Counted from the first letter of the stretch, positions 11,046 to 25,064 are shown. The stretch: DNA of 61,114 bases from Cercozoa sp. M6MM (GCA_040357565.1 JBDODJ010000065.1), one strand, 5' to 3'. Made by a program: numbers and translations. Notes: a model not told the origin generated them from the letters alone.

Positions 11046-12932
11046 ATGACGCCGCGTCCTCACCTGTTTTCGCGCGGTTGGCGGGAGCGTCTCAGCGTGA
11101 CGTCACGCTTGTTCTTGTTTCTTGCGGTTCTTGAGACTGTAATGCTAGGTGCTGCAGATCTTCTTCCATGTAGTTAAAAACTCGGGATGTAAGATGCCCC
11201 ATGTGCTTGTAGCCGTGATCGCGCTGGTGGTCCTTTTTCACGGCAACGCCGCGAGCACGAGTGACATCGTGTTCTACACTGTCATGTCGCTGTTGTACTA
11301 TGACCTTCGTGTGACTGGGGCGTATGTTAACATGTTTATGGTCTGTGTTTTTCGGGTACTTTGGTCAGCGTCGTCCTGTGCTTTTTGTACTTTGCAATCG
11401 ACGGCATCGCACGCGAGAACAAGTTTCAGCTAGTTGCATCAGTACCTTGGCTGTCTATCATTACTGTTTCAAACAAGCTTGTTGGATCATCATGTGTATA
11501 ATTTGGTCTGCAGGTAGCAGCCTCGTACACAATCGCATTGTTCGTTGCGTGGCTTGCTTTCGATGACGACAACACGGTACAGTAGACCGTTATGCAGGTG
11601 TTTAATGTATTAGGTACTGTCCTGTACTTGTAGGACATTTTCAAAGGCGAGCTGTACGCCACGGCGTCGTTTGCCGTGCTGTACACGCTGCTTCTGGTTC
11701 CAGTGTCGCAATCCTTTGGCTGGCGTGTCTTTAAAAAGGTACATGTAGCCACTTATCTCCACTTTGTACGAATGTACAGCTTGTACCGTACATTTATATG
11801 TGCATTATTCTGAGTTAGGTGGGCGGCGACCTGGCGACGCAACGGCACTACGAGATGTACATGCGCTTCACGTCGGTGCTCAAGTTCAACCTCGAGATCA
11901 GCGTGGTGCTGGCTTCGTTGGTATCATGTGCTCTTGTCTTTACTCCCCCCCCCCCCGCTCCCTGTCATCCTGTGTCACCCCCCCTTACCCCATCACAGGT
12001 GTTCTTCTTCCTGCTGCGCGAGTTGTGGCGCATACTGCTCTACGCGTCTGCCATGTAGGCCAGCTTCCTTCTCCTTGTTTCTCATGTGCGCGGTGTACCC
12101 CTTGCTTTCTGTTGTCAGGTTCATTCTGGTACCGTGGGTCATGATCGGCATCACTGGCGTCAGGACAGAGTCCAAGAAACAGGTGCCGGCACTCTTTGTC
12201 GGTCAGAGAGGGGGGTCTGTATAAAGGGGTCTGTATCAAAGGAGTCTGTATCAAAGGGGTCTGTATCTTCGGTGCTTTTAGATGTGGCTTTTCGGTTTGC
12301 TCGGTCTCGTCGAGCCTGTCGTTCTGTGCGTCATTGGTCTGAGTAACACTCTGCCTTGTCCTTGCCTTTTGTTGTCCTTTTCGCTCCTGTTTAACCTCCT
12401 TCTCTCCATATGGCAGCATTCGACTTTGATACTGTCGACAGTGATCGCGTGACGCCGACGCAGTTTCTCACCACGGGTGCTTTGGCGCTCGTGTTTCGCG
12501 TGCTCTCCTTGGTACTGCCTGACTGCCTTTTTGCACCTGTGTTTCAGCACTCACACACTGGTGGCAGGTACTGGCGGTACTGTGCACGCGCAATTTCGAC
12601 AAGGGTCTCCGCGAGGTACGTGCAGTCTCCCGTGTCTTGGTGTCTATGGGTGTATGCTACGGGAGGTAGGTGGCCTTCCAAGGCGACTCATCCAAGGCGC
12701 TGCTCAGCGACTCGCAGCAGGACGAGGACGTCGAGCAGCAGCAGTCGCACGACTCGGCACAGCAGCAGCAGCGGCAGCAGCAGCATCAGCCACACGGTCA
12801 GCGACGTCCCTTCACTGGTTTCTACTTCCCTGGCACTCTCTACCCACCCTTTACCCCCCCCGTGACCAGGTCTACACATTCCTGCCGACTTACTGGCCGA
12901 TGAAGACGACTTTGGCGAGTAAGACTGTCTGA
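11046..12932 (+). CDS. Multi-pass (about 7 TM) membrane protein with Q-rich C-tail
   Basis: Exons LLVPVSQSFGWRVFKK/VGGDLATQRHYEMYMRFTSVLKFNLEISVVL, FILVPWVMIGITGVRTESKK, FRQGFREV-like, Q-rich tail. Start uncertain. Confidence 0.6.
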
Positions 12933-13054
12933 GCGCACAGTACAATACGCGACCTCCGGCACATAACACGGTCCATTACGTTCAGACAACGCCTATTGTA
13001 ATCTCACTCACCGGGAGGGCCCGAGGACTCTACGTACACGCTAGTACGGGCAGC

Positions 13055-14140
13055 CTAGTAGTAGTCCATCTCCTCATCGTCGTCGTCCTCGAAGTCGTAG
13101 TCATCGTGCAGTTCGATACGCGAGTCAGTGTCTGTTCAGACCAAGAGGAGTAACAAGACACTCTCAAAGAGAAACTCTCAAAGTGACACAACACAACAAG
13201 ACAACACAACAAGACAACACAACAAGACAGAAGGTACGGGACTCCACGCTCGGCTCCTCCGAGTTCTCGTTGGGACGCGAGACAATCGCACCCTAGAAAA
13301 AGGGTAGGGGAGGGGGTAGGTGGGTAAAAGGGGGGCAACAGGGGGAGGGTAAAGGTACAGCCTCATCGTCGTAGGCGCGCGCCGAGGCGAAGGAGCGCGT
13401 GAAGCCGCGGCCCTTGCACTGCCGCGTCACGCCACCGCGAGCGACGACTTCCTTGGGTCCGCGACGAGGCGCCTCCGGGCGACGGTAAGCCTCCTTGCGA
13501 CCACGTCCGCGTACGAGGCTTGGCTTCTACCGGGGGGGGGGGGGGGGTAGAGGGTACACAGGGAAGGTGGGCAACACGCGTACAGAAGAGGACGACAGCG
13601 AGAATTCGAGTTTGGCCGGACGTAGCTTGGAGCCACGCTGCCATTTCTCGCTGCAGTTGTAGTACAATTAAGGGTACGGATATGGCTATATGCACACCTT
13701 TAATATTCACAGATTAAAGGGGATAAATACGGCGACGCCGATCGCTGCGGCCGGCGCGGTACGGTGCCGATCTTAGTGCCACGTTCCCATTTCTCATCAC
13801 TGCAACATCGTTTTAGTTAAGGGGGCACACACACACATAGTTTAAGGGAACGCAATACGAACGGTCGCGACTACGGCCACGTCCACTGCAACAACAGGTA
13901 GGATAAGGCCAAATGGACAAGGCCAAGGGGATGGGGGGGGGGGGGATACAGCTTGAAGTCGTTGCCTTGGCGACGGGCACGTGCGCTGTGACTGCACAAG
14001 GGAAATGATCTTGCAGTCAGACCGTGCCACTCAGGGAGATCAGTTGCAACTGACGGTTTCCGGGAGAGCAAGTGGTACCCGAAGCCTTCGCCACGTGCGC
14101 GACGGAGATTGCGTTCGCCGCGCCAGCGACGTCGCTCGTC

Positions 14141-14218
<78 letters not shown>

Positions 14219-15638
14219 TCAGTGTGTCAGTGTCACGTGTCAGTGTCACGTGTCAGTGTGTGGTGACACGGGAACCGTCAGACTGAGACCTACCGGAACC
14301 GTTGATCGACATCATCGGGATCATCGTAGTCGCTGTCGTCGCCGTACGAGACGCGCAGGCGACTCTGCCGGCGGCCCTTCGGCACCAGGTGACGCTCGCG
14401 TCGCGTCGAGATCTGCGCCAGTTCCTGTGGGACAACGGTCAGTTAGGTGGTAGGACAGTAAGGTGGTAGGACAGTAAGGTGGTAGGACAGTAAGGTGGTA
14501 GGACAGTAAGGTGGTAGGACAGTAAGTTGGTAGGATAGTAAGGTGGTAGGATAGTAAGGTGGTAGGATAGTAAGGCCGGGGGGAGGGTGGTAGCAGTCAC
14601 CTGTGCAAAGTCGGCTTCAAAGGCCTCGTCGATCTCCTTCTGTGAAATCACCACACATACATATAAATATATATATATATATAGCTATATATAAATACAT
14701 ACATATATATATGTAGATATATATATATATATATGCTATTGATGGGACAGATGGACAAAACAGATGGACGGGACATGCGGACAATACCACGGACATCTCG
14801 GGCACATTGGCGGCGAACTCGTCGATGTCGGCGTCGGCGGGAACGAGGCCACAGCGTGCAATCACCAGGTCGTCCACCGGACGGCCACCGCGGCCACCTC
14901 CTGTCCTCGCCTCATGTTAGAGTCGCTGCGCACCCTCATACCCCACCGTGACAGTACCAGAGGCAGCCACAGGCGTCTGCTCGATGCGGTTCATGAGGTC
15001 AAAGCCGGCGACGACCTTGCCGAACACGACCTGGACATTGTTCAGCTGCGGCGTCGATCGGAACGACACCGAGAACTGACTGCCGCACTTGTCACGACCA
15101 GGCGACACCCTTCCAACGAACCAATCAAATCACCAAATGATGAGTGGCTCCACAAACAGCAAGCACGGACAGCAAGCACGGACAGCAAGCATAGACAGCA
15201 TACATGGACAGCACGCCGGCACCGTCATGTGGCAGATCAAAGTTCTCATCCCGGAAGGTGCCACCACGGGAGGAGAGATTGTAACCACTCAGCGCGCCTG
15301 CGTGGAAAGCAAAGCCCGGCACCACGCGGGACACGCGAGAGCCAACTGCACTCCAATCAGTCAGATCAAACCAACCGCAAAAAGTCCCAACTTTTAGAGA
15401 AACGCTGCTATGTCCCAGAAGCTACCATAGCATAGCGACTTGCGCGTTCCCGTACCCGTGCAGAGCTGTTTGAAGTTGTTGCACTGCCCACACAGTTCAG
15501 TTGATTGGACAGAAACCAGCGTCAGTAAGCAGAACTCACCGTCTTGGGAACAACATCCGCAAAAAGCTCCACGACGAGACGACCCTGGAGTCCCTCGCGC
15601 GTGGCCAGGTCCAGGAAACAATGGAAGCGTTCCGGCAT
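13055..15638 (-). CDS. Divergent cyclophilin-domain protein with long charged C-terminal extension
   Basis: HCFLDLA…GRLVVELFADVVPKT/CNNFKQLCTG, SRVVPGF, GGTFRDENFDLPHDGAGVLSM, GSQF, VVFGKVVAG. Downstream exons linked by inference to …DDEEMDYY* (13055). Confidence 0.75.
14145..14214. repeat. (CA)n microsatellite in intron
   Basis: About 35 CA units seen directly. Confidence 0.95.
14445..14575. repeat. 16-bp minisatellite (AGGTGGTAGGAYAGTA)x8 in cyclophilin intron
   Basis: Tandem copies seen directly. Confidence 0.95.
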
Positions 15639-15842
15639 CTGTGCCCTTGACAACGCAAATTCCCTGTCACAGCACCCGTGTGGATACACAGGATGTACTG
15701 TAGGTCTATGTGTCATTTTTCTTTTCGTATTTGTTAAGGGGACAGGCACCCGCGATCAAAATAATCAGAGTGGTCCATTCTTCTGCAGTAAGCGTTCTGG
15801 CCTTGCGTTCAAGACCCTAAACACGCACAATCGTGCGGGCCA

Positions 15843-17501
15843 ATGGTGTCGTCTCTCGAGCGAAAGACATTTGGCAGTCGGTTGTCTTTGCGCGAGGCCA
15901 GCTCGCCGATCGTCAGGAGTCGCTTGCTCAGACTCTCCGACACGCAGCGCCACCAGGTAGCGACCGTTCCTACGTATATCTCTTACGGTATCGTGTTGGT
16001 GCAGTTGTGCTACGAGCTAGCAGAGCGAGGTTCAGTCAGCCGTCTGCGAACTCTGCTTCGCGAGTGGAAAGCCATCGCACGCGTCGATTCGAGGGAGAGT
16101 GTGGGCAGCCGGAATCTTTCAGTTTCCGGTCGGACTCGTCAGCGCAGCAAAAGCGACAGTCAGGTGAGCAGCTTGAGTGCCAACCGAGCAGACGAAAGAC
16201 ACGCGGCTGTGTTCCGGGACACGTGGATGCGAGAGTCGTGTGTTGACTCACCTTCAATGTAAACAGCACCTCTCACTTGGCGTGGTGCGACTGTGCTTGA
16301 TCTAAACTGTCATTAACAGTTCGGACGACAGTTCAAACGAAGCATCTGATGACTTTGAGAGCTGCAACTACTTCTCGGTGGCGCCGCCTGATCTTCAACG
16401 ACCTGTCGGACCTGTTCGAGTACCTCTTACTTTTTTCCTCTTGTTAGCGTTACCTGAGCATGTACAGGAAGGCATTTGTATGCTCGTGTATACTCCACTG
16501 GTGGCAGCCTGCGTGTATGGCCATTGTGGCACCGTTGCCGCTCTGTTGGGTCAGTGTAGTCTAGCTCTCCAGCTGTACTGTTGTCCCGGACGGTTCTATG
16601 TGTTGGCAGACTGCGGTGCAGACCCGCGATGCGCGTGCGAGTCCTGGATCGCGATGCAGCAGCAACTGCCGCCGCTGTTTGCAGCAGTGATCGGACTGAA
16701 CAGAGACTTGCGACAGGTGCAGCGAGTCGGTCTGACACTCCACAAGTGGCGTCGCTTGCGACAAAAACGCCCGCGAAAGCTACTGGTATATCAAGCGTTT
16801 GCTGACACTACTCTCACCTTCTTTATCAGTAGTTAGGTGTATGTGTTGCACGCAGGAAGCAGCACGTATGTGTGCGGCATTGATGCAACACGGTGCGGTG
16901 CAGACGAAGGATCGGTTCGATGTGTCGCTGCACCTCGTGAGACTGGTTCGAATGGTATTTTTTACCAGACCAATAATTGTTTTACTCAGTTGATGTCAAA
17001 GATTGAGTTGTTTGAAAGAACGCGCCGATTGAAGTACTTCGGCCACTCCTGGATGCTCTCGGACTGAGTGGCGACGCCGATCCCAACAGTATCCGAGGCA
17101 CGCAGCACTGCCGCAACCTCGCCTTGTTGGCCACCCTGGGCGGCAACACGGCACTCGCCTTGGACCTCGCTCTCCACGGACTTGACCTGACGCTGCCCGA
17201 TCTGCACGTAAAGCTCTGTTTAGCTGTGCCACCGTCGGCCAAAACCGAGCTTTTGAGGTTTGAGCAGGGCGTCAGAGCAGTGGATTTCGCCGAAGTGGGC
17301 GACATTTTCCTTCAGCTGTCACACGAAACTGAGCAAGTGATGCAAGCCTTCGAATTCACGCTGCCCGGAGTGCGCATGTGCGATGATGTTCGCCGTCTCG
17401 TCATCGAGTACTGCTGGGCGCCGGTGCCGCGCAAACTGCGTCGTCTGCAGGTCCCAAAAGCACTCGCCCGAGACGCACTGTTCGAGAACCTGTGCTTTTG
17501 A
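15843..17501 (+). CDS. Ankyrin-repeat protein
   Basis: YTPLVAACVYGHCGTVAALL/DCGADP, PPLFAAV, ALMQHGA, GDADPN; ends …LFENLCF* at 17501. Confidence 0.75.
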
Positions 17502-17658
17502 TCGGATTGAGCGAATCAACTGAACGCAATCAACTGAACGCACTAGAAACAAGTAACATAGCCATGGAGGGGTGGCATTGCTGGCACCGCACTAATACAT
17601 GAAGGGAAACAGAAAACGAAAACGACGCGGCTTCGTGAACGGACGAAACTCGGAAAAT

Positions 17659-18529
17659 CTATTGCGTCTTGATCTTCTCGCCAGCGGCCTTCTGCAGCTG
17701 CTGGAGGAAGTCGTCGTCGTACTGCGACTGCACGGCAAAGTTGCGCTCCTCGGCCATCTGCTCGACGAGGTCGGAGATCTGCGAGGCGTGCTCCTTGATC
17801 TTCTCAATGCGCGCGGCCGTCGTGAGGTCCGGATTCGCGAGCTGCGGCAGGTACTTTTGGTTGCGGCCGAAGCGAGTCTACGGACACACACACAAAACAT
17901 AAAGCGACATTCTCACGCACACTGGAAAGCGACTGTAAATCGATACCGTCGGGTCCGGGTGTCTTGAGAAGTCAGTGCCGGTGTGCACGTAGGGAGCTGT
18001 ATCATCAAAACATGTACCAGACATACAGAATAGTCACGCTTGCAATGAGTTTAAAACGTACGTCGGTAGGGAACTTGATGCTGGAACTTCTCGATCATGT
18101 GCTCCAGGTTATCAGCCAGAGCCTGAACACACAGAGGTCAGTGGCATCTCACTAAGCACACACATCACAGAACGCCAGCACTACCTTGATCAGATCCGGC
18201 TCGCTCAGACCGCGCGACTGCTCGATCAGCTCACGAGCATTCTTGGCCTCCTGTGCGAAGCGCCAGCTGCACAAAACCGGCGTTTGAAAAGACAAGAACA
18301 ACGACAGAGCGAAAACACGAAACAAAAAAGAACTTCGGCAGCACATTTGGCAAACACAAAAAATGACGATCTTAGTCTTGCAGCGAAAACAAGGAAAGTT
18401 GAACTGACGGTACCCCTCGTAGCCCTGCGTACCGGTCTGCAGCTGACCGCCCGCGTAGGACAGGATCACCTTCAGAGAGCGACGATAGATACGCATAACG
18501 CGCAGCGCGTGCGGGGAATACACCGACAT
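17659..18529 (-). CDS. NDUFB9: Complex I accessory subunit NDUFB9/B22 (LYR family)
   Basis: RVMRIYRRSLKVILSY (LYR), WRFAQEAKNARELIE, FQHQVPY/PYVHTGTDFSRHP. Confidence 0.8.
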
Positions 18530-18730
18530 GCCCCGGGACCGCAGCTGAATACACTTGCACGCGTGTTAGTGGGTTGCCAAGGAATGCAAGCAGAGATTAT
18601 CGCAGCCTTATTAATATCAAAAAATCGAATAATAAAATGAAGCCGTTTTGAAAAGATTGCGCCTTGTGCGCTAGAGTGGCGCGTAGAAATTGCGTGTAAA
18701 TTAGTGAAAAGTGGTGTTTTCGAGTAAATT

Positions 18731-21104
18731 ATGCAACGTTTGGCGCCGCTGCGAGTCTGTATTGTTGGCACTGGTAAGAATCCTCCCCACATTCTCCTCG
18801 TTGTAAAAATAGGATTGTTGTTTCTGCGATATTGATGTAACCTTTCACAGGACCGGCCGGTTTCTACACGGCCAAGTACCTGCAGAAGGATGCGCCGTTC
18901 GAAGTGCGCGTGGCCATGATTGACCGTCTGCCGACGCCGTACGGTAATTGCTTATTGGTTTGCACCTCTGACGTGTCGACTTGAGAGTGAACCGCAGGTT
19001 TGGTGCGAAGCGGTGTCGCTCCGGATCACGCAGAGACAAAAAACTGCATGAATGACTTCGCAAAGGTTGCGCAGCACAACTGCGAATTCTTCGGCAATGT
19101 TGCTGTTGGCAGTGACGGTGGCTTGTCTGTTTTCCTTTTATTCCAGTTGATTGTTATGCTCCTTTGTTTTTGTTCTCCGTAGTCTCCGTAAAGGAGCTGC
19201 AGCAAATGTTTGACGCTGTGATTTTGTGCACCGGTGCGGGAGGCGATCGGGTACGATACTCCCTGTGTGTTATTCCAGGCATGCTGTGGTTTAGAAACTG
19301 AACATTCCGGGCAATGACTTGGAGGGCATCGTGAGTGCACGTCAGTTCGTCAACTGGTACAACGGGCACCCCGACACTGCTGATTGGTCGCCTTTTGGAC
19401 ACCGGTAAAATTGTTTTGTGATATCATTCTCTGTCTAGAGTGAGGTTGGATATTTGCAGGGACCTGTCGGACATCAAGAACATTGTCGTCGTTGGCCAGG
19501 TAGACTTCTTTCCAAGCGTCTTCTGCTGCGCTTATATCAGGACTTGCACTTGTCGCAGGGCAACGTGGCCGTTGATTGCGCACGCATTCTTAGTGCTCCA
19601 GCGGAGCGATTGCTTCCCACTGTACCTTACCGTACGTGTGCCGTGTCGCTGTCTATCGGTGTGCTAATACGAAGGACATCACAACACGCGCAACCGATGC
19701 GCTGGCCTCAATGCCGAGTGACCGTATGGTAGGAGGTGATACATGATGCCACCCTAAGACTAAGGTGTATGCAGGTGCAACTCGTGGGTCGGCGTGGTCC
19801 AGTCCAGGCTGCTTTTACCAACAAGGTGGGTTGTGCGATTCTATCAAACTGTGACCACTGGACGATGTGAGAAACGCGACGAAATGCAGGAATTGCGCGA
19901 GCTGTGCGATGACAAGAAAATCCGTGAAATTCGCACGCTAGTGCTGCGCGATGAGTACCTCCTGGTACGTTCTCAAACTGAAGGCAGGTATACCATTAGG
20001 ACAAACATCTTGGCTCTAGGGTACCTCGAACGAGGCTTCTCAGCAAGAAGTCGCTCGAAAGAAAATGCTGGCGCGAAAGCTCAAGATTCTTGAGAACTGT
20101 CTCGTGGACTCTTTGGACGTCGAAATCGACGGTTTTTCGTTCGCTCGTTCGTGGAGTGAATTTAGTTGTTGTCACAGCTTGCTGCTGTACAGAGAACCAG
20201 AGGCGTCTCGCCATTCGCTTTTTGTTGTCGCCCACTGAGTTTGTTGCCGACAACAGCAAGTACGCAGTCTCTTTGTAGTTGTTGTCGGAAACGTGAGTTT
20301 TCGCAGGCAGCACGTCTCGCAAGTGTTGTGTCACCGCACGCAGCTGCAGGGCGAGCCGTTTGCACAGCGCGCTGTTCTCACGGTAAACAACTCGCTGTTT
20401 GTCTCTTTCACGACAACAGTTGTTGAGTGGTTTTTTATACAGGATGAGGAGCACAAGCTTGATGCAGACTTGGTGCTGACATCGATTGGCTACTTTGGTC
20501 TGCCTGTACCGTGTCTCTACTGACATGCACTGTACTGCTCTCACTAACTTGTGACTGTGTGTAGATTGAAGACGTTCCGTTCGACGAGGATCGCGGCGTG
20601 ATTCCCTCTCGCAACGGTACGGTTACTATGACATTGTACTTGTGTATGAGACAACTATCATCGAGATTTTGGCAGGTCGGGTTCAGGAAAACCTGTACGT
20701 GGCGGGTTGGGCCAAACGTGGTCCGCACGGCATCATTGGTATTAGACCTGTACTGTCGCATTTCGGGACAAACAAATTTGTGAACGTAAAGGCACGAACA
20801 TCATGGACGCACGGGAGACAGTCGCTTCTGTTCTCGAAGATGCCATTCTCGCTGATGCCTCGGTTGAAAAGGTACGCATTAAGCTGGAGTCCAGTGCTTC
20901 TAACGGTGCGCACTGCTTCTCATACAGGGAGGCAACGAGCAACTGCGCGATGTGTTGCGACAGCGCGAAACTGCCATTGTGGACGACGCAGCTTGGGCAC
21001 GAATCGACCAGACTGAGAAGCAAGCTGGCGCGCTGGTCGGCAAGCCCCGCGAGAAGATCGTTTCGCCACAGCAGCTGCTCGAGACTGCACTGCGGCCGCT
21101 CTAA
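18731..21104 (+). CDS. FDXR: NADPH:adrenodoxin oxidoreductase (FDXR/Arh1)
   Basis: [88 protein letters not shown]. Confidence 0.95.
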
Positions 21105-21264
21105 CTGAGTGTACGTGTCTTACTTAATTAGTTCAGCGAGCGTCACGTCCCAATCCATCGGCATCAATTGGCTTGCAATTGCGTTCCTTTAACGTACGGG
21201 CGGTAGTTCGCAACCGACACGACCAGTCGTCCAAATACGTTGCTGTCCGCTGCGCGGCCCTCGC

Positions 21265-23473
21265 TTAGTCAGCGACGGAACAAAAGACATCGTCAATGTT
21301 GATGTCGCATGTGGGCAGTGAGAACGGCAGGCACAACTGGTCGGTGCCGCGTGCCGAGAAGGCGCCGCATTCAGGCTTGAACCCGCGACTGGTGTCACAT
21401 GCCACCAACACAGAAACCTAGGAACAGTCACACATGACAATCAGTTCACAAGTACATGCGTGAGGAGTACCTCGAAACTTCTAGGTGCGTTGCTGGCTCC
21501 CATCGCAGTGGGGCTAAAATTGTGCGACCCAGTGAGCAGCAACAGGACTCGCGGGTTCTCTAAAGATAGAATCAACAACAAAAAAGAAAACCCGCATTGA
21601 GAGTGTACAGGCCAGTAGGTACCTGGATCGGTGACATCAAGCAGAGTGAATGTCTTGCAATGCGGTGTTCGCACGTGTTTCACCGGCTACAGGAATTTCC
21701 TTGTGAGCTTTCATTGAATAAATCAACTGCAGAAACCAACCCTGGGAGCACCGACGTAGTCACCAAAAAAGAGTTCATCCACAAAGCACAAGTTGTCGCT
21801 CGAAACGAACCTGTCCAACGTGACAAGATCCGCACTGCACTATACATAACAGGTATGTGTCCGGGTAGGTACTTGAAGCCGTGACTCGCGAGAACGTTTA
21901 GCGGTTTTCGTTTGCTGCACAGAGACACTGAAAGATACCAAAGGAAACACATAACTGCGAAAAGGAAAGGAGCGAACTACATGAAAATGCCAGTGCAATA
22001 AGTGTCAGGATCGACCAGTCGGCATGCCGCCATTTGCTGCTTCGTCGGCAGTAAGACAGCAAAGTCAACTTCGTCCTCTTTTGGCCTGAAGACTCGAGAA
22101 CGGGTCAAACCAGCAAACAAAAGAGCAAAGAGAAGGAGTACAGAGCAGACGTGAGCAAGCGCTTGAAAGAACTCAAAAACGGTGCGTTGGCACCGATACT
22201 CGAGCACTGCAGCAGCCAGCGCAGCTTTCGCTTGCCTGTGTGCGTTTGTTTCTGTCGCTGTTACCACCGAACACACTGGAAAAGAAAGGTGAGAAGGAAC
22301 AAGCAAGCATACCGACAAAGCATGCTGCATCTGTTTCTGCCACAAGGCAACGCCAGTTTCGCTGTCGTTGTTCGAACTCACTACGAGTCGAGTTGGCAAC
22401 GGCTGTCGCAGATAATCAATTTTCTGCCATGAACAATCATATAGCACCAAAATACACAGTGATCGATTGGAGAGAAGTCAAAACGAGCGAGATCGGTTTT
22501 AAAATGATTCAACAGCAGCTTGCCTGTGATTGAAACAAACACTTTTATCTATACCTGACCGAATTAGAAGCGATACCATTGTTGTCGTCAATTCGAGGAC
22601 GTAAACATGTCAGGTAGCGTTCCAGCACTGGAAGGAAACTGTTGCGATCTGATCGGTCTTGTTCCTTGCCATCGGGCAGCAGCGGCAGGTCACGCACGAA
22701 CTGTGGCAGCGGAATTAGTAACAAAAGGCAGAGACAAAATTGAGTTTCGGTTACGACTGTTTGAGACTTGTTTCGCCAGTCGACTTCGATAAAGTTGCCC
22801 GAGACAATGCAAATTCGCACGAACGGGTATTCACGATTCGGGAACAGAAACAGCATCTTGCTCTAAATAAAAACCATACAAAATACACTGGACTTGACCA
22901 GATTTGAGGAAATAACGCACGTGATGCGTCGCCATTGGCGGCATTTTAACGTGATGCATCGTGAGTCGTTTCTGCGTTTAGATACACGTAATCATGCACA
23001 ACATTTTACAAATCATAATACAGGGAAGACACCTCGAGAGCGCGTTCTTTCACGAGATCATCGCCAAGTTCCACAACGTCTTTGCCTGTTGTTTGCTCAA
23101 TCTCTTGGTACGCCTTTTGTGTGACGACGTGAAGCACCTGCACGTCCGTGGTGCGCCGGCACAACCATGTCTGTCCAACAACAATCTTTCTTATCGACGT
23201 ACTCACGTGTACATAGAAACCGAAGCATACGAGGTTGGAAATGAAGTTAAACACAATGGCACGACGCCAGAAACGGCGAACTTCAGTTCGAGCAGTTTCA
23301 GCAAGGTGCCTTGGTGGCACGAACAACTCACCTAGGTAAAATCACACGGTGCTCGTCTATAGCTTACTAGTGCACGCACCGAAACTGCACTCGCCGACAC
23401 GCGTATGACTGAATTCGGTAGAACTAGGCAGTGTCGGGTCTAGCGCACCCGGTCGACTCGAAAGAATCGGCAT
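21265..23473 (-). CDS. TDP1: Tyrosyl-DNA phosphodiesterase 1
   Basis: First HxK (THH/KMLFLF…RICIVSGNFIEVDW), second HxK (PHCKTF…LTGSHNFSPTAMG), FEVSVL, LPFSLP. Confidence 0.88.
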
Positions 23474-23661
23474 CCGCGCGGATTGCTTTAAACAGCACAC
23501 AAAAAGTTACAAAAAACGAAGCTTACATGTCTGACTGAACTCACTAGTGACTCACTAAAACGCTGTCAATAACGTACTCACACGTGCACGTACACAACAA
23601 AAGGAAAACAAAATTGCTTTAGGATCTTTTCTAACCCAAAACGAAACTGTCTGCCTTTGAT

Positions 23662-24158
23662 TTATTTTTTGGCGCGCCAGAGCACCATGATGATCAGGCA
23701 TCCGCAAATAACCTGCAGTGCGAACATCACGCCATACATCACTGCGTACATACCAATCTGTTGGTCAAATCGCTGTCTTCTGCGCAAGCAGATGAACTTT
23801 ATTTATAAAGCGCTGACGACAAAGAAAAGAAAGGAAACACAAATATCAAAACTGACTGGAGCGTGAGTTGTTGCTGCGCTGCCATCAGGTTGTACCTCTC
23901 CTGCAATGACAAAATGGGTAACTTATATCGTGTGAATCAGTAAAGTCACTTTAACTTTACCTGCTGCGTCACAATTTGGTTCTCAAGTCCCTTTCCTGCG
24001 AAGCTTATGGCGCCTTCCTTTGCTGCTCTGTTCAGCGTCGCGAACTGTGATGAGACGAGTTCAATCAAGCAAAAAAGACAAAAAGTGTACCCCAAGACAT
24101 GTAGGGTGCTGTGCAGTGCGCACAGCACGGTCATGAGAAGCATCGTCGATACGCTCAT
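23662..24158 (-). CDS. Small type-I membrane protein, orphan paralog 1
   Basis: Signal-like MSVSTMLLMTVLCAL…, QERYNLMAAQQQLTLQR, TM, WRAKK*; three GT-AG introns. Confidence 0.65.
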
Positions 24159-24405
24159 GCGTGTTCTACTGAGTTCCAATGGCTGTTGCAGTTTCGATTT
24201 AACACCAGTTCAGAGTTGGGATCAAACTGAAAAGGTGTGAACATCCGAATCAATTAAAAAAACAGGTCTCTAAAGTCCGAACTGCGCATGCTCACCGTGG
24301 ATGCAGTGACTCGAGGTTCATTTCAAGATACTGCATCCTAGTCTTTCTAGTACCGGTTGGTCGTTCTAAACTTCAGAACATTTTTGAAAGCGAGCGAAGT
24401 TGAGG

Positions 24406-25064
24406 ATGCGACGTGCGCGGTTGACAAGTGCATCAATTTTGGTGCTGCCAGCCATCGTTTCTCTGTGCTGCAATGGCGTTGCAGCTTCAACGAGTGGAGC
24501 ACTGGGTGCGCTAGCCGGGTTCGTTGACTCAAATGAAACATGTGTGCATCATGCGATGTCTTCTTGTCATAAACGCTTGCTGTATGACACAGCGAAGCGC
24601 TCACAGGTCAAGAAAAGCACCAGCTGCGTGCGCAGCAGATGCAGCTCGACATGCAACGAATGAATGAGCAGCAATACGAGAAATCCAAGGTTATGATTGT
24701 GCACGGTCTGGGTGTCGCGCTGAACTTGGGTGCACTCATCTGTCTTATTGTCACGTGCGCCGCTCTAATGATGCGAAAGAAGAGGTACCATTGAAGCTAG
24801 ATCCTTGCTGCCAGATTGTTTTAACGATACTGTGTCGAAATTTGCGATCTTACGGCATGCTGTTGGAACAGAGGCAGCCGTGGCCGTGGAGGTGGTGTGC
24901 GATTGCGCGAAGGCAACAACGATGTTCGTCTTGATATTCGGCAAGATGGCGACACGGATTCGAATGTCGATGCAGCGCCCAGATCTGACAGTGAGTCCGA
25001 CCGCGCCAGCTTCAGCACGAGCGCGGATGACCTAGACAGGCTCGGCGCCACACGACTGCCCTAA
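24406..25064 (+). CDS. Small type-I membrane protein, orphan paralog 2
   Basis: Signal-like MRRARLTSASILVLPAIVSLCC, QEKHQLRAQQMQLDMQR, TM, RKKR, acidic tail, TAA 25062-25064. Confidence 0.65.

Noticed and set aside
11046-11049. ATGA start/stop overlap suggesting translational coupling
   Set aside because: The upstream gene more likely stops near 10945, and its frame could not be confirmed.
14445-14575. CRISPR-like array
   Set aside because: Head-to-tail repeats without spacers, inside a eukaryotic intron.
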